Part shown: one piece after another, positions 1 through 14,882 of the stretch
Position numbering within the stretch: the first letter of the stretch is position 1
How the letters are laid out: every line of letters begins with the position of its first letter
Origin: the human T2T-CHM13v2.0 reference genome, Homo sapiens
Assembly: GCF_009914755.1 (NCBI RefSeq)
Contig: NC_060929.1
Length of the DNA stretch: 64,000 bases
Direction: 5' to 3' (one strand)
The notes under the pieces: model-generated
What the model saw: only the letters and a program-made list of their open reading frames with translations
Databases searched by the model: none
What the model was told of the DNA's origin: nothing
Made by a program: the position numbers and the translations under genes

Positions 1-35
1 TACAGCTCCTGAGCATGTTATAATGTTATAATTAA

Positions 36-354
<319 letters not shown>

Positions 355-372
355 GGCATTATTATTTTTTGA

Positions 373-740
<368 letters not shown>

Positions 741-752
741 TAAAAATGAATC

Positions 753-1053
753 TTTTTTTTTTTTTTTTTTTGAGATGGAGTCTTGCTCTCCCACCCAGGC
801 TGGAGTGCAGTGGCGCAACCTCGGCTCATTGCAACTTCCGCCTCCTGGGTTCAAGCAATTCTCTTGCCTCAGCCTCCTGTGTAGCTGGGATTACAGGCGC
901 ACGCCACCACACCCAGCTAATTTTTGTATTTTTAGTAGAAATGGGGTTTTGCCATGTTGGCCAGGCTGGTGTCAAACTGCTGAGGTCAGGTGATCCACCC
1001 GCCTCGGCCTCCTAAACTGCTGGGATTACTGGTGTGAGCCACCACATCTGGCC
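753..1053 (-). mobile_element. Alu (AluS-type), full length
   Basis: Poly-T plus Alu consensus; TSD TAAAAATGA(A/G)TCT at 741-753 and 1055-1067. Confidence 0.95.
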
Positions 1054-1067
1054 CTAAAAATGAGTCT

Positions 1068-1740
1068 TAATGCTACATCATGAATTAACCTTGAAAACAT
1101 TATGCTAAGTAAAATAAGACATAAAAGAACAAATATTGTATAATTCCACTATGTGAGGTACCTAAAATAGGCAAATTCTTAGAGACAGAATGGCAAATAG
1201 AGGTTACTAGAGGCTGAGGGGAGGGGGAAAGAGGAATTATTATTTATTTTATTTATTTATTTTTATTTTATGTATTTATTTTTTTTGAGATAGAGTCTCG
1301 ATCTATCCCCCAGGCTGGAGTGCAGTGGCACAATCTTGGCTCACTGCAACCTCTGCCTCCTGGGTTCAAGCAATTCTCTGCCTCAGCCTCCCGAGTAGCT
1401 GGGATTACAGGCACCCACCACCACGCCTGGAAAATTTTTTTGTATTTTTAGTAGAGATAGGGTTTCACCATCTTGGCCAGGCTGGTCTTGAACTCCTGAC
1501 CTCGTGATCCACCTGCCTCGGCTTCCCAATGTGCTGGGATTACAGGTGTGAGCCACCGCGCCTGGCCTGTTTACTGTTTTGTGGGTACAGAGTTTCAGGT
1601 TGAAATGATGAAAAAGTAATGGAGATGGATGGATGGTTGCACAAAATTATGAATGTACTAATGCCACTGAATGGTACACTTAGAAATGGTCAAAATGGTA
1701 AATTTTATATTATGTATATCTTACTACAATTAAAACAAAA
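1068..1740 (+). mobile_element. Old L1 (L1MB/L1MC-type) 3' end, interrupted by an Alu
   Basis: ATGAATTAACCTTGAAAACATTATGCTAAGT ... AATGCCACTGAATGGTACACTTAGAAATGG ... ACTACAATTAAAA, typical of the L1M 3'UTR. Confidence 0.8.
1240..1567 (-). mobile_element. Alu (AluS-type) with (TTTA)n tail
   Basis: Alu consensus nested in the L1M fragment. Confidence 0.95.
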
Positions 1741-2129
1741 ATTTTAAAGCAAATCTTTATTAAGGATCACACAAATGCTGAGCACTTTCTTATGTGTTAT
1801 TGAGGACATTAAAAACAAAAAGCCTCCAATTCTAGGAAGATAGTGTCAAGACAGCTTGGGAGGTTAGCTTTGAATGTTAAATACTTCTTTTTAATATCCA
1901 TTTTCTTTGTCTTCATCTCTGAATCAGGCTGAATGAGAATTGATGGATTAGAAAGTTGGCTCTACCTCTGTGCTTAGGTTAAGCTCTCAAAGATGAGCTT
2001 ATCCATTCTCTCATTGACTCCACTTGAATCTATTTCACCCTAAGCTGAAATGTACATCTGGAAGAACGTAGACCAATAGATACCTGAATGGGCTCAAAAA
2101 TTAGATACAGGGAAGGTGTTAATTTGGTG

Positions 2130-2930
<801 letters not shown>

Positions 2931-2958
2931 TCGGGGCTACATTGTAATCTATATGTAA

Positions 2959-3403
<445 letters not shown>

Positions 3404-4299
3404 TGTGTCACCAACTTCTATCCACTCATAGCATCTGACACATTATGGCTGCTTGGTGAGTACTTATGAATGAATGAATTATTGTATGAGTTCACAGAAA
3501 ACTCATTGAAAAGTATAAATCTTCCTTCTGAATTTAACATAAAATTATTATTTTTCCAATGGTTTCTTGCTACTGGATGATTAACAGTTCTTAATTTTCA
3601 GTATTAACAAAGATGAGGCAAAGCACGGATGAATATGATTTCAGTCTTCTGCTCTATTAGAAGATCATACTTTCGTACTTCACATTTGTTATATTTAGGT
3701 TTAAGTGAAAATTCAGTCATTGCAATTCAAATCTCCATCAGCAGAGACTAAGCTGTTAACCTGGGCCTTCTCTCCACACTCAACTGGGGAAAGACAACAC
3801 TGACTCAGATGGTTCTTGCGTCAGTAGTAGTTAGACTGTAAACACTAACTTTGTGTGTATTTTTACGATTTAATTTCCTCTTTTTATGGGAGCATAAAAT
3901 GTATTTTTAAAAATAAGCAAATCTTTAATGAAAGTGTAGGATGGTTGACATGGGAAGTGTATAAATCTGTCACCTACAATATAAGCACATATTTAAATAT
4001 GCATATTATGAACATTTAAAGCTGCAATGGTTCAAAATAATGTTAGCCTCTTATGTGAAACATTACTCTATAAATATGAGCCCACTAGCATCTTAAATAC
4101 AGATTGCATTATATATAAGCAACCAATATAAAATATTTTCAATCTAATATTTATTCTCAAATTTTGTCTTTAAGAAATTATTATTCTATGTCTCAAGTTT
4201 ACTTTGTAAATAGAAAAAAAAAACATAAAAATTCCTCAAGCCTCTAATGTTTTTCTTAATGTAAAAACTATCACAAAAAAATGGGAAATAGTTTTTCTC

Positions 4300-5290
4300 C
4301 CATAAAATATTCCCTGGACTCTCTCTCCTTCTTTTTCTACTTTTTTGCCTGTAATAGTCTTATCTTCCTCTATGACTTAAACAATCAAGAATAAGTTGAT
4401 GACCCCCAAATCAATGTATCCAGCCCTGTTGTCACTCATGAGTGCCATAACATCCTAACAGAAATCACCATTCCCATGACCTTCCATGCCTTGGTCCATG
4501 GCATTATCATCTGCTTATTTGACACAACCAAATCCCTTGGCATCTTCTTAGATTCCTTTTGCTCCACCGTCCACCCTCTGGCTCCCTTCCGGAACTCTAT
4601 TGACTAGTTCTGTCATATCTGGCTCCACAGTGTTTCTCTCCACTCTATGGGTTTAAGCTGTTATCACGGCTTTTCTGGATGACTTGTACTCTCTTCCACT
4701 TTGGAGACAGTGATTCTAGTTTCCTACCAACTAATCTGCCATCCAACCTGCCTTTGCCCCAAATAATCATTTTCCAATACAATCTGATTATTCTAACTTT
4801 TCTGCTTCAAATTCTTCACAGTTTTCTCATTCCTTTTAGAATAAAGTACATGTTCAAAGACTTTTGCAATCTGGCTCCAAGATACTGTACAATCTCATCT
4901 TCTACCACGCCTTCCAACTCTCCTACACAGTCTTGCTTTCTGCCCCAGCCCCAACAGATTACTCATCAGTCTATGAACACTCACTAAGGCTTTATGTTGT
5001 TTCCTATGTCTAGATTGCTTTTCTCATCTTTCTCCCTGTCTGAAGTTAACTTCGGTGTTTTCTGATTTCCCATCACAATCAGCCATTCTCCCTTCTGTAC
5101 TCACACCAAATCATGTTCCCAGTGCACATGGTATTAGTGGTATTAGTGCTCCTGGTTGGGTTATGCACTTATTGGAGGAGGCAGAGAGAGGGAGGGCTAT
5201 GTCTCATTCATCTTGGCATGGACAGCTCCTAGCAGGTGCCTGGTGTTTAGTATGTACTAAAAGATGTTTGGTGAATGAGTCTTTATTTTG
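4300..5290 (+). mobile_element. L2 LINE relic (degenerate)
   Basis: Pyrimidine-rich L2-like tracts (GATGACCCCCAAATC...CAGCCC, GGCATCTTCTTAGATTCCT) ending TGTTTGGTGAATGAGT. Confidence 0.55.
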
Positions 5291-5727
5291 AATGCTCAGA
5301 AAGACCTTAAATTTGACTTATAAGCTTTCAGAAATAGGAAAAAGGCCTACAGATTCATAGCAGTTGTATGACTACATGTGGTAAAAGCGAGCAAGTTATA
5401 TCCAAGACAGACTGCAGCAAGGTAAACCCATTTAGCTACAGTCCCTTCTCTGTCTTTTAAGACATGTCTAATTTGAGATCCCTTTCACGTGCTCCCCTTC
5501 CAAGGTTTAATGTATGTGATTAATCTTGACTTGCCTTAATACTGCTAGGAATGTGGCAATGACCTCAGCTGAACACTGGCAAAGTGATTAATGTTACATG
5601 AACTGGATAAGGTGGTTTTTTTTTTCCCCCTCTGCTCTAGCTCCTGAATAAACACATTCATGCAAGATTCGGTTGCAGACCTTTGCTCGATGGAAAATGT
5701 ACCATGATTTCAAAGAGTAATGTTTCA

Positions 5728-5830
5728 GATGCAATAAACAACGTTAAAGGAAACACGGTCCTTGTTAAAGAAAATGCTGTTTCAGGCTAAAGTCCCAGTG
5801 ATCATAAAAGATATATGATGCAATAAACAA
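5728..5830 (+). promoter_or_regulatory. Duplicated GATGCAATAAACAA motif (forkhead site overlapping a C/EBP-ATF-like site)
   Basis: Exact 14-mer at 5728-5741 and 5817-5830; TGATGCAAT at 5816-5824. Confidence 0.4.
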
Positions 5831-6131
5831 AATGAACCATAGGCAGACAGGTCCATTCGATGACTAACCACTGATTGAATTTTCCAACACATTTAGACTT
5901 TCTAAGAGATAAACTATTCACAAAAGGTTCGTGTTAAATATAAGGCTGTCATTTCCTTTTTATGTTTCTAGAGGGGTCTGAGAACAGTAGAGGATATTCC
6001 TTCTTTTTTTCTTTTTTTTTTTCTATTGGTTGTTTGTGGTTTTGAATTTTTTATGATGTGAGAAGACTGGCAAACAGTTGCTATGATTGTCAAATGCCTT
6101 AAATCAAGAAGAGAGAATGCAATAAAACACA

Positions 6132-6145
6132 GTTTCCATGGTAAC
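6132..6145. promoter_or_regulatory. RFX X-box motif
   Basis: GTTTCCATGGTAAC, close to the palindromic X-box consensus GTTNCCATGGNAAC. Confidence 0.5.
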
Positions 6146-6415
6146 ACATTGTAACCTAGTACCTCTGGATTATGAGCCAGCTCACATCTATGATCATTAC
6201 TTGTTGACAGGCATAAATTGAGCCTAAAAGCATTAATTTTAGAGATAAAACTAGAATGTGTAGCTTAGTTTTAATAATGTTTAAATATTTCCAAGGTAGT
6301 GGCAGCAAATCAACTCTGGTTGTGTTATTATTTAAATAATGTTAATAAACTAACCACAAATACTTTTTGAAAATGTACAAGCTTTTCTCTAAAAATGGTG
6401 TAACATCTGTGTATG

Positions 6416-6730
6416 CAGTTGGTCCTCCACATTCCTGGGTTCCACATCCATGGATTTAATCAACCTCGGGTTGAAAATGTTGGGGAAAAAAAGACCCACA
6501 AAATTGCCAAAAGCAAAAGTTGAATTCGCCACCCGCCGAGCATTGTGTTGAATTCACGTGAATGTGGTGATGTGTAGGCATTGTATTAAGTATTATAAGT
6601 GATCTAGAGATAACTTAAAGTATATGAGAGAATGTGTGTAAGTTATATGCAAATACTAGGTTATTCTGTGCAAGGGACAGAGCATGTGCAGATTTTGGTA
6701 CAATTCCACATAGATACTGAGGGACAACTG
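6416..6730. mobile_element. MER2/MER2B (TcMar-Tigger) DNA transposon fossil
   Basis: TIRs CAGTTGGTCCTCC ... GAGGGACAACTG, followed by TA. Confidence 0.8.
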
Positions 6731-6988
6731 TATAGTCTTGAGGCTGCAAGTGGTAGCTGACGTGTTTTTGATGGAGTTTAAATAATCTGAAATCAACAAT
6801 GATATGGAATGATAGCCAGACATTTTAAGGAAGGAATGTTGTTCAATATGGACAAATTCCTAAACATCTTGATAGTAGAGTAACTCCTAGAACTCTTGTA
6901 GGACATTCACACACAATAATTTTTAGTAGACATAAGTTCCTTTTCCTCTTTTTAAGGAGCCTGAGATAAAATGTGGATGATCACATGC

Positions 6989-7290
6989 TTTTTTTTTTTT
7001 TTTTTTTTGAGACGGAGTCTCCCTCTGTCACCCAGGCCAAGAGTGCAGTGGCGCCATCTTGGCTCACTTGCAAGCTCCGCCTCCTGGGTTCACGCCATTC
7101 TCCTGCCTCAGCCTCCCGGTAGCTGAGACTACAGGCGCCCGCCACTACGCCCGGCTAATTTTTTGTATTTTTAGTAGAGACGGGGTTTCGCCGTGTTAGC
7201 CAGGATGGTCTCGATCTCCTGACTTTGTGATCCGCACACCTCGGCCTCCCAAAGTGCTGGGATTACAGGTGTGAGCTACCGCGCCCGGCC
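6989..7290 (-). mobile_element. AluY
   Basis: Y diagnostics (CAAGCTCCGCC, TTCACGCCATTC, TTAGCCAGGATGG); TSD GATCACATGCTTTT at 6979 and 7291. Confidence 0.95.
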
Positions 7291-7488
7291 GATCACATGC
7301 TTTTTACACATTCACTTCCATGTCCTCATCAGAAGCACTCACACTACCGTCAAACATTTAAGGTTAAAACAAAGATTACGTTATGTGTAGCAGTTACCCA
7401 TTAACCAATATAGTTAACAAGACTATTTTTTTTCCAAGGCTGCTTGTGACACTTCTAAATATATCTTTATGACAATCAAGATAATCTT

Positions 7489-7810
7489 GGCCAGGTGCAG
7501 TAACTCATGCCTCTCATCCCAGCACTTTGGGAGGCCAAGGCAGGAGGACTGCTTGAGCCCAGGAGTTCAAGACAAGCTTGGGCAACATGACAAGACCTCA
7601 TCTCTACAGAAAATAAAAAACAAACAAAAAATAGCCAGCTGTGGTGGTGCACACCTGTGGCCTCAGCTACTCAGAAGACTGAGGCAGGAGGATTGCTTGA
7701 GCCTGGGAGATTGAGGCTGCAATGAGCCGTGTTCACATCACTGCACTCCAGCCTATGTGACAGAGCAAGACATTGTCTCAAAAGAAGTAAAAAACAAAAC
7801 AACAAAAAAA
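7489..7810 (+). mobile_element. AluJ
   Basis: J diagnostics (GGAGGACTGCTTGAGCCCAGGAGTTCAAG); TSD AGATAATCT. Confidence 0.9.
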
Positions 7811-7820
7811 AGAGATAATC

Positions 7821-7856
7821 TGATATGATATGATATGATATGATTTAATATGATAC
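7821..7856. repeat. (GATAT)n microsatellite
   Basis: TGATATGATATGATATGATATGATTTAATATGATA. Confidence 0.85.
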
Positions 7857-8601
7857 AATAATAAGAATTGGTCCATTTTCTCAACATCTAGACTTTATGT
7901 AAGAGTTCACTTTTTTCCTCTGGCAACTTCTGAGCTCCCTTTCCTCACTAAAGCTTTTACAGTGAGTGTGGGATAAACAAGGAGAGACAGATTGCTCTTC
8001 CTCTAAGTGTGCCTTTCACTGCCCTGAGCCTCAGAAAAGCAGAGAGTGACCAGCACACCTCAGTTGCCTTTTCTGTACACTTGGGATTAGACCTATTTCA
8101 TAAGGTTGTTTTAAGCACTTATTGAGACGGACACTTGTGGAGAACTTAGAACAGTACTTGGTGCATAGTAAGCCCTCCATGAAGGTTAGCCCCTGTAGGG
8201 GGTAATGCTTTGTCTAGCATTGCGCTTCCCACTCAGTTGTGCCTAGTAAATGTTTGTTAAATTGAATAAGCCTATTTGCCCAATTGGCTATTACAAGAGT
8301 GCTTATTGTAAAACTAATTTTGCAGGAATATGTAACATTTTCAGGAAATCTGATTACATTGCTTTTATTCACTTGCAACTTACCTGTCAGAGATTCACAA
8401 AACGCTTCAGTTATCAGAGCTCATGGAGTTGTGTAATAATTGTATCTTCTGGTATTGCTAAGTTTTAGAATCAAATCCTTGGGAATACTGCAGGGTATCT
8501 GAACCAATCTAACACAGACTAGTCTTTAACCTATTGACCTGAGAAGGATACCTATTTCAGAATCTGCCATACTTTCAAGCAATGACTCAGAAGCTTGCTA
8601 G

Positions 8602-9263
<662 letters not shown>

Positions 9264-9622
9264 TTGAGTTTAGCTTTTTAAGGATAAAATTATTTTAAGA
9301 AGAAAGAAAGCAATTTTCTTCCATTCTAATTGCTATAGACCCTGGAATATGTCAACATGATATTTAGTTAGTCTAAAAAAAATTAAGACATTGACCCATG
9401 CATATCCAGCTTTGAACACTAAATACCACTTGGCATTCTTTTTATTTATCTCTAGTCATTTTCCTTTCACCTTCCCCAAAGCATACTCCCAAGTGTAACC
9501 ATCTTCTTAATCTCACTCTCTATTTTTAAAATATCAGTCACTGTTCTTGTTCTGTAGACACATAGAAAATAAAAACTATCATTTGATAACCTGCTCTTTT
9601 TTTAAAACAGTTTCCGAACGTA

Positions 9623-10057
9623 CAGTTGACACTTGAACAACTTGGGGGATGGGATGTCACTCCCTGCCCAGTTAAAAATCCTCATATGACTTTTGATTCC
9701 TCCCAAAATTTACTAATAGTCAGCTATTGACTGGAATCCTTACTTACAACATAAACAGGTGATTAACACATTCTGTATGTTATATGTATTATATACTGTA
9801 TTCTTACAATGATGTAGGTTAGAGAAAAGCAAACATTAAGAAAATCATAAGGAAGATAAAATATATTTACTATTCATTAAGTGGAAATGAATCATCATAA
9901 AGCTCTTTACCCTTGCCATCTTCACACTGAGTAGGGTGAGGAGGAGAATGAAGAGGAGGGGTTGGTCTTGCTGTCTCAGGGGTGGTAGAAGCAGAAAAAA
10001 TATCCATGTATAAGTGGACTTGCAAAGTTCAAACTCATGCTGTTCAAGGGTGAACTG
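9623..10057. mobile_element. Tigger2a/MER28-type DNA transposon (435 bp)
   Basis: TIRs CAGTTGACACTTGAACA ... TGTTCAAGGGTGAACTG with TA on both sides. Confidence 0.85.
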
Positions 10058-10292
10058 TACAAGAAAGTGCTGAAGCACAGTGCTAGCTACATGCAAAGCC
10101 ACCAACAAATGTTAGTCCCTTAGTTTAAAAGAAGGCGTTTTCTAGCTTAGAGTAAGGAGTTTCCTAATGCACAGGAATCAGTGTTCTTTTTTCTTTAGGA
10201 TTAACCATTCAACCTATATGCACTCATCAGTTCCTTACTGTTTTCTCTCAGTTGTGGTTTTATCATTTGTTTCCATTTCTCTATTTTCAGGG

Positions 10293-10296
<4 letters not shown>

Positions 10297-10324
<28 letters not shown>
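10297..10324. repeat. (CT)n microsatellite
   Basis: Direct reading. Confidence 0.9.
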
Positions 10325-10591
10325 CTGATTCTTTCTCATTATAGTCTTTCTTATCCAAACCTAGTCTTCGTCCAGAGTTCCTATCTCAATGAAAGCACCA
10401 TCATTCCTATCAGAAGTTTAGGTATTATCTGCCCTTCCTGCTCTTAACCATTTCATCTCCTCTGCACCCCCCACCCCCTGCATTTTGGGCTCAATGGGAT
10501 GTGGGTTTGTAGTTGAAAAATGACTTTGCAGGTGGTGGTATGATGCTGCTTTTATTCGTGTGTTTGTCTTAATTTAGACTATGTTCTAATG

Positions 10592-10891
10592 CAGGGATCC
10601 CCAACCCCCAGGCTGCAGACTGGTACTGTGCCTCACAGCAGGAGGTGAAGGGAAGGTAGTAGCATTACTACCTGAGCTCAGCCTCGAGTCAGGTCAGCCA
10701 CGGCATTAGATTCTCATAGGAGTGTGAATCCTATTGTGAACTGTGAATGTGAAGGATCTAGGTTGCATGCTCCTCATGAGTATCTAATGCCTGATAACCC
10801 CAACCCAACCCTCCACCCTCACCTTCCCATCCGTGGAAAAATTGTCTTTTGAAAAACTGGTTCCTGTTCCCAAAAAGGTTGGGGACCACTG
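10592..10891 (+). mobile_element. MER1B (hAT-Charlie) DNA transposon
   Basis: TIRs CAGGGATCCCCAACC ... GGTTGGGGACCACTG; degenerate 8-bp TSD TTCTAATG/TTCTGAAG. Confidence 0.85.
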
Positions 10892-11545
10892 TTCTGAAGT
10901 TTTTTTGGGGGAAAGAAAACATTTAGAACGTGGGAGGGTGGGATTGGGGGTGGGAGAGATTATTTCATAATTGCATTCTCATTTTTAGATTATTGCTAAT
11001 ATACTCTCACCTTTGGACTGGTCCTGAAAGAATTTCCCCATTGTAGGAGCTACATTTCCTTTATAACAATTATTTAGTGGTGACTGATGTTCCACTGAAA
11101 AAACACCATTCTCTTAATGAGACTGTCACTATTTCACAGTTCCTTTTGCTCTCTGTGTGGGACAAGGCCCAGGATGTCATACTGCCTGAGAGATTTCACT
11201 ACCAAACAAATCTTAACCACCATGGGCTGGCCTAAGGAAGCAAGAGTGTGTTTGTAGTCAACTCAGAGTTACTGTGTTTCTGGGTGACCTGGAGCAATGT
11301 GACTTCATGTTTGGGGTGTTGTTGCTCACTGTACATCTCTTCTTCACCCCAGGGAAGAACCTGACCCAAAAGGGCAGCAGGCAATAGGTGAAAGGCTATA
11401 CTAAGCCTTTCCCAGTAAGGTCAGCCAATTGAGTGCTGCATACATCCAAGCTGCCTTTAACCTTTTCCTAGGTAAGTCAACACAAAATAGTTTTTCTTCT
11501 TTCTATATTCCTGTATTCTTTTCATTGTATAAGAATATTTTATGG

Positions 11546-12650
11546 TGATAGAGGCGAGAGAAACTCTAGGCAAATGGGCAGGTTCGCCCCACCTTCAAGC
11601 TGAAAAGCCTGAAGCCCAAGGGCCAAAGTGAGAACTTCTGTCCCTGTTTGCCCTCTCTCTCCTGATTGGTTCTTTCTGAATAATTTTTTTTTTTTTTTGA
11701 GATGGAGTCTTGTTCTGTCACCAAGGCTGGAGTGCATTGTCACAATCTCAGTTCACTGAAACCTCTACCTCCCGGATTCAAGCAATTCTCCTGCCTCAGC
11801 CTCCTGAGTATCTGGGACTACAAGTGCACGTCACCACATCTAGCTAATTTTTTGTATTTTTAGTAGAGACAGGGTTTCACCATGTTGGCCAGGCTGCACT
11901 TGAACTCCTGGCCTCAGGTGATCTGCCTGCCTCAGCTTCCCAAAGTCCTGGGATTACAGGCATGAGTCACCCCACGCCCTGCCCCACATCCTGTGCCTAC
12001 AAAGATCTGCAACTCAGCTGGTAGAGATGAGAAGCAGCTGGACATCAAGGAGAGGCAACTTGACTTCAGGGACAATGGCTGGATGTTGGAGAGAGGCAAT
12101 TTGACTTTGGAGGAGAGAAGCAGACAGACAACTTGACTTCAGGAGAGAGCAACCTGCACTTCCCATCCGCTTTCCAGCTCCCCTTTCCACTGAGAGCTGC
12201 TTTCATCACTCAATAAAGTTTTCTGCATTCACCGTCCTTCAATTCATCCACATGACCTCATTCTTCTTGGGCACCAGACAAGAATTCAGAACCACCAAAT
12301 GCGGATACTCAAAAAGGCTGTCACACTGGCCCTTTGCCCTTGCTGGTGGAGGACAGCCACCCCACGCAATGAGGAAAAAGGCTTACTGAGCTGATAACAC
12401 TCTGCTGTTTGTGGACGGCAGAGCTAAAAGAGCATTGTAATACACCTCTGGGGCCTTAGGGTCACCCCCACCCGGACGTCACCGCAGGGCCTACACAGAG
12501 TTTGCGTCTGCTGTTGCCAAAGCAGCCAGCTGGTTCCTGCGCTCCATTACCTACGTGCTCCCTTCGGCGGGGGTGGAGCATGGTGGACTGAGTAAATGGG
12601 GCATCCCTGTCATGAGTCCCATAAAGCGTTCAAGAAAATATCCTACATCA
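11546..12650 (+). mobile_element. ERV1 solo LTR (LTR27/LTR28/MER52 group), with internal Alu
   Basis: TG...CA termini, perfect 4-bp TSD ATGG (11542-11545, 12651-12654), AATAAA at ~12212, GGACGGCAGAGCTAAAAGAGCA motif. Confidence 0.8.
11684..11984 (-). mobile_element. Alu (AluS-type) inside LTR
   Basis: Poly-T plus Alu consensus; no TSD visible. Confidence 0.9.
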
Positions 12651-13216
12651 ATGGGATACTGGAACATAGTTAAAAACTAAGGAAATCTAAATAAATTATG
12701 AACTCGAGTTAAAAACAAGAGCGTTTGTACTTGGTCTCCGTACTATCTATATTAATGAAATGAAATGCTGATCCTGCTGTTGTTTCCCAAATTTTCCGTA
12801 AAATGGCATAGTTTTTCTTTTCTGGAGACTTTTGGAAGCTTGCAGTAAAGGAAAACAATGGCCTAACCAATGGCCTAGTTTGCGTGCCAGAGACCCATGA
12901 TCTCCTGACAACTCTCCTGTTCAGCTTCTCAGGTGCAGTGCTCAGTGTTGACTTCCAGATGTTGACTTATGCTAGAGAATATTAAATTGAAGTCTACTGA
13001 GGGCTCTGGGTCAATCCCTGCATTTACCTAAAAGACAACACAGTATTAGAAGTCACTTCTACTCCTGAACCTTAATACCCCATTATTCTGATAATTAAAC
13101 TTTTTTTTTTAAATCACAGCTTTCCAACTTTCTATTCTAAAAAATTATTTCAAGGACAAGACCTCTGGGTTTATTATTTCCATATACCTGGACAATAGCT
13201 GATGCTTGCTGAATGA

Positions 13217-13554
<338 letters not shown>

Positions 13555-14098
13555 TGAGAAGTGCATACAAATAGGCAGGACGAAATAGCCAGTCAGCATA
13601 ATGACATCACATTTCTTCTTTGGCACTTAAGAGAAAGAATCTGTAGAACTTAATTTGCAATGTCTCTAACCTGCTTTTGGAAAATGGACCCACCATCACT
13701 TTGAGAACAAAATGATGGTTGAAATTCAGATCCATCCAGATGAGGTGAGAAAAGGAAGAGCTGTTTTGCATCTTGCTCTTGTGCTGCCTCCTTTCATCAT
13801 TAGTAATTCTAGCCTTCTCTTACCTGATCACGCAGGGACACATGATCTGAATGCACCATGGAAAACTCCCCAAATGCAAAGGAAATTAAAGGGGCTCCCT
13901 ACTCTTTGTCTATGGATGAAGTTATGGACATTCTGAACCAAATCCACCTCTTCTACTTATTCAAATTTTGTCAGTATAAACATTTTTTTGTTCTCATTGT
14001 TCTAACACTATGTAGAGGAGATAATTTACATGAAAGTAATTATGTTGCTATATTTAGTAGTGCACTCTCTATCCATTCCTTAAATTGCTTTTATTTAA

Positions 14099-14432
<334 letters not shown>

Positions 14433-14569
14433 AATATGTATAGTACTATTTAAAACATGACATCCAGAAAGCAGCCCTATTTTGATACAGTTTGTGTACC
14501 TCATAGCTTTTGGGGAAGCGCAGAGGAGAAAAAAATATCTCTAAACTTCCTTTTTAAACAATGTATTGC

Positions 14570-14870
<301 letters not shown>

Positions 14871-14882
14871 ACACCAATGTAT

